Positions 26,992-37,209 of a stretch of 64,000 bases of DNA are shown one piece after another. The position numbers and the translations under genes are program-made. The stretch is from an uncultured bacterium (GTDB lineage: Bacteria > Oederibacteriota > JAAXVQ01 > JAUVAV01), in NCBI GenBank assembly GCA_963710755.1, contig CAVQBK010000005.1:103947-167946 (forward strand), written 5' to 3'. Position 1 is the stretch's first letter. Each line of letters opens with the position of its first letter. The notes under the pieces were generated by a model. It was not told where the DNA came from. It saw only the letters and a list, made by a program, of their open reading frames with translations, and made no database searches.

Positions 26992-29900
26992 TCAATGGCA
27001 GCCAAGGAAACAAGCCGGCCATCTTATATCCATTTCCACTTCCAATAAATACAAACCGGGTAGCAAGAACAAGGTTAAAGTGGAGGCAAAGAGAATGCCC
27101 CAACCAATGACCAGCACCATGGGGGCAATCGATTCCACATAGCCGCCCAGACCATAAGCCGTGGGCATCACCCCGGCCGCTGTGGTCACGGTCGTTAAGA
27201 TAATCGGCCGCAGCCTGACCCCGGCACCTTCCACCACAGCGCTGATGTACTCTTCCAGAGAATGGCAACCCTTTTCGCGAATAAGGCGATTAATATAATC
27301 CACCATCACCAGACTGTCATTAACCACTACGCCTGATAATCCCACCACCCCGATTAAGGTGAGAAAGGAAAAAACATCGTGATGCAGATAGAGGGTCCAG
27401 ATCACCCCCACAATGGCAAAGGGTATGGTGATCATTACTATAAACGGCTGGATAAAAGAATTAAACAACAAACTGAGTGTAAAATAAATGGCCAACATGG
27501 CCACGATAAAGGCGATAGCAATATTAACGATAAATTCCTGACTCGATTGAGCTTCTCCGCCAATCTCGTAGCTGAAATTAGGATAACCGGCCAGCATAGG
27601 GGGTAAAAACTGTTTTATCTTGGCCGTCACTTCCAAGGGCGTGATGATTTGCTTGTCCAAAATGGTGGAAATTTTAGTCACCCGGTCACCGTTAAGATGG
27701 TTAATCTTGGCCACGGTCTCTTTTTCCTTTAAGGTCACCACATTGGTCAACGGCACCAGATTGCGCTGACTGTTAGTCACATACAATTTTTTAATGGTGG
27801 CCAATTTCTGACGGTCTGCTCTTTTTAGCAGTACCCGGTAGTCCACCCTTTCCTCCGGGGTATAGGTTCGGCTCACCACCGTACCTTCCAAAGCCGTGCG
27901 CACAGCCAAGCCCACATCAAAGGCATTTAAACCAAAGCGGGCCAGCTTCTCAAAATCAAATTGCAAGGCCACCTCCGGTTTGCCGGGGTTGTCTGAACTT
28001 TCTATATTCCGGATGCCCTTGATCCCCTCTAAAAAAGACTTGGTCTGATCCACAATGGTTTTGCGAACCGTGTTGTCATTGCCAATAATATTGATTTCCA
28101 CATCGCCGCCAACCGGGGGGCCTGCCTGGGCTTTTTCAAACCGGTATTTAACAATGGCCGGATTGGATTTGAGCGCTTTTTCAATAGCCGTAATTATTTT
28201 TTTCGGATCGAATTTTTGTTCGGCCGCCGGTGGAAAGTTAATCCTCAAGGTGGCATAATTTTCCGTCTCCGGCACATCCCACTGCCCCTGGGCAATTTGG
28301 GTGGTAAAAGAATCAACCGCTTTTGGGGGTTGGGCTTTCAAAATGGCCTCGATTTTTTCCATATAGCGGTTCATCTGCATGAGCGACGTTTCGCGCTTGG
28401 CTTCAACATAAAACGTACCTTGCTCAATACTGCGCTGCGGAAACATCACAAATTTGATATTGGTCAAAGCGAAGATAATGGAACCGACGAATACCAGGAC
28501 AAACAGGCTAATCAGCAGCAGACGATGATGCAGGGCGCGATTGAGAATCCTGAGATAACCGCGCTGCAGCCCTGGGAACCATTTCTTCTCCTGCAGGATC
28601 TTGGGGTTGACCGCTTGGTCCCGGCCATGGGCGGTAAGATGATTGGGCAAAATGATATAGGATTCAAAGAGACTGGCCAAAAGGGCGAAGGTAATCACCA
28701 GGGGGATGGGCAGCACAAATTTACCGGCAATGCCCGGCAGAAAGTAGAGCGGCGAGAAAGCCAAAATGGTGGTGAGTACGGTGATGAATACCGGCAAAGC
28801 CACATCCTTCAACCCCTGTTTGGCTGCTTCCAGGCCACTATGGCCGGCTAGGCGGTAGCGGTAGATGCTCTCAGCCACTACAATGGCATCGTCCACCAGC
28901 ATGCCCAGCACGATCACCATGCCCAACAGGGAATTGCCGTTCAACGAAACGTCGGTCAGGACCATGACGTACAAGGTGATAAATAAGGCCAGGGGAATCC
29001 CCATGGCGGTCCACATGGCGGTGCGGAAATTCAAAAAGACCAGCAGGGTGGCCACCACCAAAATCATGCCCAACAGGGCGTTGAGAACTACAATATCAAG
29101 AATGCTGCGGGTGGATTTGGAAAAATCATTGACGTATTCAATACGAACCTTGTCCCCCACCTCCTGTTTATAAGCTTCCACCGCGGCCTTTACCTGATCG
29201 ACGGTGCGCAGCACATCGGCTTTGGTTTTCTTGAGTACATTGATGGTCACGCCGATATTGCCGTTCATTTTAATCAGATTTTTATATTCTTCAAACCCGT
29301 CTTCAACCTTGGCCACGTCCTTGATCTTTACTTGCTGGCCTTCAAAATTGGTGCGCAGGATCATATTTTTCACATCATCCAAGGTGCTGAACTTAGCTTC
29401 AGTCACCACACTTTTGGCTTCCTGGCGACTGCGCACCACCCCGGCTGGAATCCGTACATTGCGGCTGCGGATCAAATTAACGATTTCACTGAGCGAGAGG
29501 TAGTTGGCGGGCAGGGCGTCCAAGTCCACCAGAATCTGAATCTCCCGCTGTCTGAATCCCAGGGTTTCCGTGTTGGCCACATTGGAAAGCTTTTCTAATT
29601 TGCGCTTTAGGGTGCGGCCATAGCGGCGCAGCTCCTGTTCGCTGATCTTGTCCGAGGACATGGCCACCCGTATGACCTCAAAATTATCGGTTTTGAGTTC
29701 CCACACCACCGGCCGGTTCTCCACCTCTGTCGGCAGATCGGTCACCTGATCTACTGCTTTTTGGATATCATCTTTAATGGTGCGTTTGTCACGGGCATCC
29801 GGTTCCAGGGTAATCTGAATGCTGGAATAACCTTCCTGGCTGATGGACGTCACTTCCTTGATCCCAGAGACCCCCTTGATTTTCTCTTCAAGGGGAATAG

Positions 29901-30093
29901 TGACATTAAGTTCGACGTCTTCCGGAGCGGCGCCGGGATAAACGGTCAATACCAGCACCACATCAAAATCCACCCTGGGAAAGGCCTCCCGTTTGATCTT
30001 GATCACCGATATGAGTCCGATGACCAATATCCCAATGGTAATCATATTGACCAGCTTGGTACGGTTGGCAAAATAGTTGAGCAGTTTCAGCAT
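26992..30093 (-). CDS. RND-family efflux transporter (AcrB/AcrD/AcrF-like)
   Basis: YPGAAPEDVE, GMLVDDAIVVAE, GVVVNDSLV, RLRPIILT; two 1+5 TM repeats with large periplasmic loops. Confidence 0.92.
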   Translation of the reverse strand: MLKLLNYFANRTKLVNMITIGILVIGLISVIKIKREAFPRVDFDVVLVLTVYPGAAPEDVELNVTIPLEEKIKGVSGIKEVTSISQEGYSSIQITLEPDARDKRTIKDDIQKAVDQVTDLPTEVENRPVVWELKTDNFEVIRVAMSSDKISEQELRRYGRTLKRKLEKLSNVANTETLGFRQREIQILVDLDALPANYLSLSEIVNLIRSRNVRIPAGVVRSRQEAKSVVTEAKFSTLDDVKNMILRTNFEGQQVKIKDVAKVEDGFEEYKNLIKMNGNIGVTINVLKKTKADVLRTVDQVKAAVEAYKQEVGDKVRIEYVNDFSKSTRSILDIVVLNALLGMILVVATLLVFLNFRTAMWTAMGIPLALFITLYVMVLTDVSLNGNSLLGMVIVLGMLVDDAIVVAESIYRYRLAGHSGLEAAKQGLKDVALPVFITVLTTILAFSPLYFLPGIAGKFVLPIPLVITFALLASLFESYIILPNHLTAHGRDQAVNPKILQEKKWFPGLQRGYLRILNRALHHRLLLISLFVLVFVGSIIFALTNIKFVMFPQRSIEQGTFYVEAKRETSLMQMNRYMEKIEAILKAQPPKAVDSFTTQIAQGQWDVPETENYATLRINFPPAAEQKFDPKKIITAIEKALKSNPAIVKYRFEKAQAGPPVGGDVEINIIGNDNTVRKTIVDQTKSFLEGIKGIRNIESSDNPGKPEVALQFDFEKLARFGLNAFDVGLAVRTALEGTVVSRTYTPEERVDYRVLLKRADRQKLATIKKLYVTNSQRNLVPLTNVVTLKEKETVAKINHLNGDRVTKISTILDKQIITPLEVTAKIKQFLPPMLAGYPNFSYEIGGEAQSSQEFIVNIAIAFIVAMLAIYFTLSLLFNSFIQPFIVMITIPFAIVGVIWTLYLHHDVFSFLTLIGVVGLSGVVVNDSLVMVDYINRLIREKGCHSLEEYISAVVEGAGVRLRPIILTTVTTAAGVMPTAYGLGGYVESIAPMVLVIGWGILFASTLTLFLLPGLYLLEVEMDIRWPACFLGCH

Positions 30094-30253
30094 GTTGATC
30101 CCTTTCGGTAATCATTATAAAACTGGCAAAGCGGGGACAAGATCTTTATCTCACGCCTACCCGTACCGGGCACAAGCCGCTGCACAGCTTGCAACGCTTA
30201 AGACCTTTGGCAATGATCAGGTACTGGTCTATCCTCTAGATATTAAGAAAAAT

Positions 30254-30328
30254 GGGTACCTGCCGTAAGCGTATCTCCCAAGACGAGAGGAATGTTTAAT
30301 TACGATCGAAAAGACCTCTTTCCGCAAC
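30254..30328. repeat. MITE-like dispersed element, copy 2
   Basis: GGGTACCTGCCGTAAGCGTATCTCCCAAGACGAGAGG...GAAAAGACCTCTTTCCGCAAC aligns with 16268-16342. Confidence 0.65.
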
Positions 30329-30371
30329 AAAAACTATTAATGTAAAATACACAATCTAAAGGACCCAGCGT

Positions 30372-31922
30372 CTATTTTGCCTCTGGGCGAAGTTGAGCTT
30401 CCACCTGCGGAAACAATGGCAGGAGTTGGTCACTCAAGGCCAGATATTGCACCCTCAGTTTTTTTAATTGAATTTGGGTATTGACCAATTGCAGGCGGGC
30501 ATTGGTCAGGGCATTTTGGGAATCGATTAAATAAAAAGTGTCGAGCCGGCCGATACGGTAATTTTTGGTATCAAGTGCCAGTTTTTCCCGGTCGTTCTGA
30601 AGCTGTTTTTCCTGAAGGCTCACAACAGCCCGCGTGCTTTGAATATTGTCCCACAGTTGGGTTAAATTCAAGCCCAAGGATCGGGCCGTGGCCTGGCGAT
30701 TGGCGACCACTTCTGCGAGGCCCGTTCGGGCAGTGCCTAGGTCAGCTTGCGCCTGAGAGGCGCCCAAAGGGTAACTGGCTTGAAGCATAAGGGAATAATC
30801 TTTGAAGTCACCCAGGCGGGCATAGCCGCCGCGATCACTGTCTTCACGGCCCTTAAACCCCCACGAGCCCAGGAGATCAAGGCTGGGTAACCGACTGTTG
30901 TTCGCCACATCCAAATTTTCCTGCAATTGTTGCTTTACCAGATCCAGTTTATGCATTAGTCGCAGGTTACCCAGGCGGTTTACCGGCAATGGTCGCATGG
31001 CCAAGCTGCCGTCAGGTATGGCATTTTCCCTGTTTGGAATCAGCGTTGTCTTATCCCCTTCCAGCGGCATGGCTCCGGTCATCAGGTAAAGAATGGCCGT
31101 CTTGGTATTGGTCAGGTTGGTCTCAGCGCGGATCAATTGAGCCTGATACTGAAGCAAATTATCCCTGGTTCTGAGTAAATCGGTCCTTTCCGCTACGCCG
31201 GCTTTCACTTTTTCAGTGACCAGGCTTTCCAGCCGCTTCAATTCGTCCACAATTTGCTGCAGGGCGTTGCGGTTTTCATAGGCAGCCAGCCAGTTCAAAT
31301 ATTGTTGAATCAAGTCGGCAATCCGGTTTTCCCAGGCCTCCTGGGCATCCAAAGCGGCGCCCTGGGTCTGAAGCCAAGCCTGCCGTAAGGGAAACCGCTG
31401 GGCCAGGCCAAAAGCGTTTTTCAGAAGCGGTTGAAGGAAGGTAAGTGTTACCGAAGGTGTAGAGGTACTCGGAGACTGGTCAATCAGTTCCACTGGTCCA
31501 GCACCGAAATCCACTACCAGGGGAATGCCCTCCAGGAAATAGAAACGGTTAAGATTATTTTGATGACTAAGACTCAAACGGGTGCCGGTGGTTAAAAATA
31601 GTTTTTCAATGGAGAGCTGATATGTGGTCGTGTCCACTGAGGTCGGTTGAAATATGGAAGGTGTATCCGATTCATTGTGCACCAGACCCACACTGCCCTT
31701 CAGAGTCCAGTCTGCCACGGCTTCAGCGCTGAGGGTACTATAAGTGGTTTTAAGATAAGTTTGTAAGGCAACTTGAAAATCAGGATCTTGGGGCAAGGCT
31801 TTTTCAAGAAAGCGGGCGCAACTTAAAGGCTGTTCCGGTTGTGCCCAAGCACCTTGACAAAAGGTAGCCCAACCCAAACTCAGGGTCAGGATTAAAAAAA
31901 GTCGCTGATCCTTCATGGTCAT
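30372..31922 (-). CDS. TolC-family outer membrane efflux protein
   Basis: Signal peptide, QPLLKNAFG, LPSLDL, two helical/beta repeats; co-oriented upstream of the RND gene. Confidence 0.85.
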   Translation of the reverse strand: MTMKDQRLFLILTLSLGWATFCQGAWAQPEQPLSCARFLEKALPQDPDFQVALQTYLKTTYSTLSAEAVADWTLKGSVGLVHNESDTPSIFQPTSVDTTTYQLSIEKLFLTTGTRLSLSHQNNLNRFYFLEGIPLVVDFGAGPVELIDQSPSTSTPSVTLTFLQPLLKNAFGLAQRFPLRQAWLQTQGAALDAQEAWENRIADLIQQYLNWLAAYENRNALQQIVDELKRLESLVTEKVKAGVAERTDLLRTRDNLLQYQAQLIRAETNLTNTKTAILYLMTGAMPLEGDKTTLIPNRENAIPDGSLAMRPLPVNRLGNLRLMHKLDLVKQQLQENLDVANNSRLPSLDLLGSWGFKGREDSDRGGYARLGDFKDYSLMLQASYPLGASQAQADLGTARTGLAEVVANRQATARSLGLNLTQLWDNIQSTRAVVSLQEKQLQNDREKLALDTKNYRIGRLDTFYLIDSQNALTNARLQLVNTQIQLKKLRVQYLALSDQLLPLFPQVEAQLRPEAK

Positions 31923-32045
31923 ATCCCCTTTGATTGGTCATAGGCCATGTCCGTCACTGCCAGCCCTTCTTGACTGATAGGGTAATCATAAAAAGGATTT
32001 CATGCAATCAAAAAGATCACTATGCCCTAATGCATGCCTCCAGCC

Positions 32046-32747
32046 TCAGGCCAGCAGATAGGTTGCCAGGGTTTTGACGGACTCAAAGCAGGCATCCGCT
32101 TCCCGGAGAAAACTGGCCGGCAGAGAGGTGGCTACCGCCAGACAAAGGCAACCGGCTTGTTTGGCGGCCCGGATGCCCAGGGGCGCATTTTCAACCACCA
32201 CCACCTCTTCGGGCTTCAGGTTTAATTCCTGCAAAGCCCGCTGATAAGGTTCGGGATCAGGTTTGCCCTTGCAAACTTCATCGCCGGTCACAATAAATTC
32301 GAATTTTTCACGAATAACGTCGGGCAAACTGTGCATCAACTCATGGCGCGCCGTACCCGTTACCAAGGCCAATCGTTTCCCCCGGGCCTGCAATTGCTGC
32401 AACAGATCCTCAATGCCGTCAAAGGGCTTGGCTTGAACAATTTCCTTGAAAATAGTCTCCTTGCGACCGATCAGGCGCCGCAAGTCCTCTTCGCTCGGTT
32501 TAAGCCCCCGCTTTTCCAGAAACGCCGCTACGGCTGACAGCCCGGATTCACCTTCGCGCTCATAAACTTCTTGGGCGCTAATGGCGAGCCCGATCTCTTC
32601 AAAGGTTTTTTGCCAGGCCTGGGCATGAAAAGGCATGCCGTCAATAATCACGCCATCCATATCAAACAGTACGGCTTGCAGCCGCTCCATTAAGGTCACT
32701 TCCGTATTAACCACTGCGGTTCCACTTCCCTTCTTTATTTCAGCCAT
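32046..32747 (-). CDS. HAD-superfamily phosphatase (beta-PGM-like, subfamily IA)
   Basis: FDMDGV motif I, LVTG motif II, KPDPEPY motif III, ENAPLGI motif IV variant. Confidence 0.88.
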   Translation of the reverse strand: MAEIKKGSGTAVVNTEVTLMERLQAVLFDMDGVIIDGMPFHAQAWQKTFEEIGLAISAQEVYEREGESGLSAVAAFLEKRGLKPSEEDLRRLIGRKETIFKEIVQAKPFDGIEDLLQQLQARGKRLALVTGTARHELMHSLPDVIREKFEFIVTGDEVCKGKPDPEPYQRALQELNLKPEEVVVVENAPLGIRAAKQAGCLCLAVATSLPASFLREADACFESVKTLATYLLA

Positions 32748-33604
32748 TGATCAAAAAATGCTGTTATTTTTTCTTCATAGACCTGCTGAGTCTGCTGATT
32801 CCTGTCTTGATGACCAGCATTGGGCATAACCCATAACTGCTTATTGTTAGACCCGCAGGCTGCATAAAGTTTTTCCGATTGCTGCAGGGGCACTTGTTTG
32901 TCTTTTTGTCCATGGATGAAGAGTACGGGTGTATGCACTTGCCCGACCGCGGCCAAGGCCGAAGCCTCATCAAAATCCACATTCAAGAACCAGCGGCAAT
33001 ACCATTTAGACAGCTGGATAAAAGGCCATTTGGCTGGTCCCGGCAGCCAGCGGTAGGCTTGTTCACTCATGGCCTGCATGCTCATAAAAGGCGAGTCCAG
33101 TACCATAGCCTTGACCATTTGGGGGTGAGCCTGGATAAACACCGCTGCTGAAAAGGAATAGCCCAGCATCCCTATGGGCTCGAAATGATAGTGTTGGTTA
33201 ATATAACGCAACACGTCATCCACATCCTGTTTTTCCCGAATGCCAAAGGTGGTGACCCGGCCTTCACTCTGCCCAAAGGACCGAAAATCAAAGTAAACCA
33301 GATTGTACTTTTGGCTTAGAAAAATGGTTGATGACAGCCTACTGCCTTTATCATAAGGATAGCCGTGTCCAATGATCACCGCGGCCTTGGTCTTGGGGCA
33401 TGGCACCAGCCAGCCGGCCAAGGCCAACCCGTCTTGGGTGACCATAGTCAGATTCTGAAATTTTTTCCCAAAATCAGCAGGCGTTAAGTTGGAATAGTGT
33501 TTGGGCGGCTCAATGGCCGCTACAAAAACCATGGCCGTGTAAACAGCCGCGAAAAAACCGATGACAAAAACAATTAGAAGCGCCCGCGTCATAGCCACCT
33601 TCAT
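32735..33604 (-). CDS. Membrane-anchored alpha/beta hydrolase
   Basis: N-terminal TM, HGY, DFRSFGQSEG, GYSFS nucleophile elbow, HGQKDKQVP, AGH; start uncertain (33592-33643). Confidence 0.85.
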   Translation of the reverse strand: MKVAMTRALLIVFVIGFFAAVYTAMVFVAAIEPPKHYSNLTPADFGKKFQNLTMVTQDGLALAGWLVPCPKTKAAVIIGHGYPYDKGSRLSSTIFLSQKYNLVYFDFRSFGQSEGRVTTFGIREKQDVDDVLRYINQHYHFEPIGMLGYSFSAAVFIQAHPQMVKAMVLDSPFMSMQAMSEQAYRWLPGPAKWPFIQLSKWYCRWFLNVDFDEASALAAVGQVHTPVLFIHGQKDKQVPLQQSEKLYAACGSNNKQLWVMPNAGHQDRNQQTQQVYEEKITAFFDQWLK

Positions 33605-33693
33605 GCGTCCATTAAAAATCGGGCTGCATTCTAACACGGACAATATAAAATGACAACGGCGAGCGCCGTCTGCTATCTTTTTAATGGGTTCAG

Positions 33694-33780
33694 GTTGCGC
33701 AAAGAGGTATTCTCGATCTTAACAAAATAAACCTCTCCTCTTGGGCTCACCCTTACAACTGACACTAAGAGAGATCGAGG
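33694..33780. repeat. MITE-like dispersed element, copy 3 (inverted)
   Basis: Reverse complement GTAAGGGTGAGCCCAAGAGGAGAGGTTTATTTTGTTAAGATCGAGAATACCTCTTTGCGCAAC aligns with copies 1 and 2. Confidence 0.6.
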
Positions 33781-33996
33781 CAAGGATTATCTTTAAAAAT
33801 AAGGTCTTTTACCCCTCATGCCAACCTTCCTCTAAATTTAAAGGAAAGGAAATAGGGAAATTTTCCTTTTACAACAGGAACTAATCAAATATTCGATCTA
33901 GTAAGGTTTTAGATTTGCGTCCCGGGCGGACTTTGCGCGAGAAATAGTTTTTATTCCAGTGCTGCCGGTTCGGGAAAAGAGAAACGTTCGTGAAGG

Positions 33997-35130
33997 TTAG
34001 TAAATGCCGGTGGTCACTTTGGTGAGCGCCTGACCTAGCGGTAAATGCAAGGTCATGGTGGTGCCGTTGCCCTGCTCGGAATCCACGCGAATGATGCCAT
34101 TGTGGGCATCAATCACGGCTTTGACCAGGGAAAGTCCGATGCCAATGCCGCCACCGCCGAATTTATTATCACTGGTGGTATGCTGTTTGACATCGGCAAT
34201 TTCATAAAAAGGTTCGAAGATTTTACTGTGCTCTTCCGGCGCGATGCCAATGCCGTTATCTTTAACCCAGATGGTCATCTCCTCCTGATTAGACTTGGCG
34301 CCTAGAATAACCTCCCCGCCATCGGGTGTATATTTCACAGCATTTTGCAGGATTTCCAATACTGCCTGGCGCAGGCGAATGGAATCAGCGTTGATGTCGC
34401 TCACACTTTCATCAATATTTAGACGCATGGTTAATTTGCGCTGGTTACTTGAGGCTTTGGTCTCAGCCAACACGTCGGTAAGCAGCTTTTTGGCATCCAC
34501 GGTCTGCACGTGTAATTTGATCTCCCCCGAGCCGGCTTGGGTGATCAACTGAATGTTGTTCACGATATCGATTAATTGTTTGGTGGCCCGCAGCACAATG
34601 TTCACCAGATCAATTTGATCGTCTGACAACGAAGCCCCTTGTTTTTGTAAAATGGACAGGTAGCCGTAAATCAAGGTCAGGGGCGTACGCAGTTCATGGG
34701 AAACCAAGGTTAAAAATTTATCTTTCATTTCGTTGAGCACGCGCAACATGGTGTTTTCCTGGGACAATTCCTTTTTCTCTATGGTTTTTTTGACGGTTTC
34801 CAGAAGTTGCTTGCTTGAGCAAGGCTTGAGTAGAAAGTCATTGGCGCCGGCCCGTATACATGCAAGCACCATATCCAATGTTCCATGGGTCGTCATTACA
34901 ATCACAGCGGATTGGGGTCTTATTTTCTTCAGATCGGCCACAATCAGACTGCCTTCGACATCAGGATTGAGCATATCGGTAATGACCAGATCATAATCTT
35001 TCTGCACCAGTCGCTGCCTGGCCATTTCTACCGTATAGGCATGATGAACTTCATAGCCTTCGTCAGTCAAAATGCGGGAGTTAACCGCCAAGGTGACTTT
35101 GTCTTCATCCACCAATAAAATATGATTCAT
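33997..35130 (-). CDS. Cytoplasmic hybrid signalling protein: receiver domain + histidine kinase
   Basis: LLVDED...LVITDM...FLLKP (REC); VSHELRTPL H-box; QNAVKYT, DNGIGI, GIGLS. Confidence 0.92.
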   Translation of the reverse strand: MNHILLVDEDKVTLAVNSRILTDEGYEVHHAYTVEMARQRLVQKDYDLVITDMLNPDVEGSLIVADLKKIRPQSAVIVMTTHGTLDMVLACIRAGANDFLLKPCSSKQLLETVKKTIEKKELSQENTMLRVLNEMKDKFLTLVSHELRTPLTLIYGYLSILQKQGASLSDDQIDLVNIVLRATKQLIDIVNNIQLITQAGSGEIKLHVQTVDAKKLLTDVLAETKASSNQRKLTMRLNIDESVSDINADSIRLRQAVLEILQNAVKYTPDGGEVILGAKSNQEEMTIWVKDNGIGIAPEEHSKIFEPFYEIADVKQHTTSDNKFGGGGIGIGLSLVKAVIDAHNGIIRVDSEQGNGTTMTLHLPLGQALTKVTTGIY

Positions 35131-35282
35131 TGGGCACCTTACTCAAATCCTTGGGATAATTATCTAAAAAAATGTGCAGTGCATTCTGGTTTAGGTCACG
35201 ATTTCAGTATCGGCGGCATGGAATAATAATTAATCGAGAATTAATGAAATCGTGACAAGACGGCCTATAGCCGGCATTAGGC

Positions 35283-35570
35283 TTACAAGCTTTTAAATAA
35301 ATCATCCAATTTGTTCATGGCTTTGGTTTGTTGGCCTGCTTTTTTCTGAATCTCTATGACGCGGATGGCAAAGGCCGGGCAGGCCTGGGCCTGATTTTTA
35401 AACCGGACGGGTTCCTGCAGCGGCTGGAGACAGTCAAATCGTGCCCCCGGGGCATAAAATCGGCAGTTAAAGCAGCAATGCACAGGTTTCTGGCAGTGAG
35501 GACAAAGACTGGCCTCGGTAATACCTTCTTTCAGCTCCATGGCTTTTTGACAGTTAAAACAGCGTTGCAC
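35283..35570 (-). CDS. Small Cys-rich (probable Zn-binding) protein
   Basis: CFNC, CPHC, CCFNC, further Cys; GTG start with GGAG. Confidence 0.65.
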   Translation of the reverse strand: MQRCFNCQKAMELKEGITEASLCPHCQKPVHCCFNCRFYAPGARFDCLQPLQEPVRFKNQAQACPAFAIRVIEIQKKAGQQTKAMNKLDDLFKSL

Positions 35571-35738
35571 GGGATCTCTCCTTATTTGAATTTAAAAGTT
35601 CAGCTCTGGATATTATTATATTGGGTTTAACCAAACGACTTTTCAAAGTATCGACATTTTTGGCCAACTATGGATAATGCTTGCTCAAATTCTTTTCCTC
35701 TTTTAAAATAAGCGTCATTGTGGTGTTGGGGTGAAATA

Positions 35739-37019
35739 ATGGGTCTGAACATTCGTCAGAAAATTCTTTTAGCCTTTCTCTTCGTGATCATGGTCTCAGC
35801 GGGTGCGGTGTATATGATCTACAGCAACAGTGCCCGCATTACGGAGTTGACCAATGAAATCATCAATGAAGATTTGAAAAATATTATCAATGCCGAAAAG
35901 ATGCACCAGCAGTTGTTACTGGCTGATTGGGCGCTGTCTAAATATCAATTAACCCGGATTCCATCGTGGCGCAATACCATTTACAAAGCTCAACGGGAAT
36001 TTAAAAAATATTATTTTGAAACCAAAAAAAACACGGTTCGGGAACGGGAATTAACCAAGATCGGCAACATCCGTGTCTATCATCGCCGCTATACTGCTCA
36101 GATCAACAATCAAATCAAACGCTTTGAACAAGGGCTCATCGATACGGACATGCAGCAATATCTCCGCAATCAGGAAAGCCTGGTCAGTGACATTGTAGAC
36201 GAAATCGAACAATTGGTGGCTATCAATGTAGGCCACCTGGAAGAACGGCTGGAACAGGCCAAGTTGCTTAAGCACCTTAATCAACGGCTCAGTATCGGTG
36301 TGGTGATCTTGGTCACCTTTATCTCCGCCATTCTGGTGATTGTGCTTAACCGCAATATCATCCTACCCATCAATCAACTTATGACCGGCGTCAGGAAGTT
36401 CGCTGATGGCAATTTCACCACCCAGGTGCCGGTGACCTCCCAGGACGAGATCGGGGTGCTTTCCCAGGCTTTTAATGTCATGGCGCTCAATATCAAACAG
36501 GACAGGCAAAAATTGACAGCCTTGACTATTTTGGATGAAAAAACAGGATTGTTTAATTTCCGCCACTTCAAACAGGCCATTAATGAGGAAATGAAGCGTG
36601 CCGAGCGCTATGCCCGTCATCTGGGGCTGATCATGATCGACATTGATTACTTTAAGCATTATAATGATACCAATGGACACCAAATGGGTGACCTGCTTTT
36701 AAAGGAATTGTCGGTCATTCTCAGAGAATCGGTGCGCGAAACGGATATGGTGGCGCGCTTTGGGGGAGAAGAATTCATCATTCTTTTACCGGAAACCTCC
36801 AAAGCCCAAACCAGGAGTCTGGCGGAAAATCTCCGCCTTCAGATTCAAAACCATATCTTCCCCCTGGAAGAAAAACAGCCCAACAAAGATTTAACAGTAA
36901 GTATTGGGATCGCCTCTTATCCGTCTCGATCCATCGTATCTCCGGAAACGCTCCTGGAAAAAGCGGATCAAGCCCTGTATAAGGCAAAAAACAAGGGCCG
37001 CAACCGGGTCTGCGGGTAG
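35739..37019 (+). CDS. Membrane diguanylate cyclase (2 TM, periplasmic sensor, HAMP, GGDEF)
   Basis: DEIGVLSQAFN (HAMP), DIDYFKHYNDTNGHQMGD, RETD I-site, RFGGEEF active site. Confidence 0.93.
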   Translation: MGLNIRQKILLAFLFVIMVSAGAVYMIYSNSARITELTNEIINEDLKNIINAEKMHQQLLLADWALSKYQLTRIPSWRNTIYKAQREFKKYYFETKKNTVRERELTKIGNIRVYHRRYTAQINNQIKRFEQGLIDTDMQQYLRNQESLVSDIVDEIEQLVAINVGHLEERLEQAKLLKHLNQRLSIGVVILVTFISAILVIVLNRNIILPINQLMTGVRKFADGNFTTQVPVTSQDEIGVLSQAFNVMALNIKQDRQKLTALTILDEKTGLFNFRHFKQAINEEMKRAERYARHLGLIMIDIDYFKHYNDTNGHQMGDLLLKELSVILRESVRETDMVARFGGEEFIILLPETSKAQTRSLAENLRLQIQNHIFPLEEKQPNKDLTVSIGIASYPSRSIVSPETLLEKADQALYKAKNKGRNRVCG

Positions 37020-37209
37020 GACCCCGCCGACCTAAAAAATAACGGTTTTTAGAATATTTTTTAAAAGAAATTTGAAAATAGTTGGTCTAAAGGTATAAGA
37101 CAGATTGTATCTTTATCTAGCAACTTAACCGTGAGGCCAAGCCGGAATAATTTAGCATTTCGAGCTTTTTGGCCAGTGGTATGACAAAATGTAATTCACG
37201 GAGGACAAA

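Noticed and set aside
26927-27030. Possible frameshift at the RND 3' end (alternative tail KMAGLFPWLPLKTQ...)
   Set aside because: All 12 TMs are already encoded; no evidence to choose between tails without reads or orthologs
37081-37200. c-di-GMP-I riboswitch downstream of the diguanylate cyclase (GGTCTAA...GACAG)
   Set aside because: Lacks the GCAAA/GNRA P2 stem and P1 pairing
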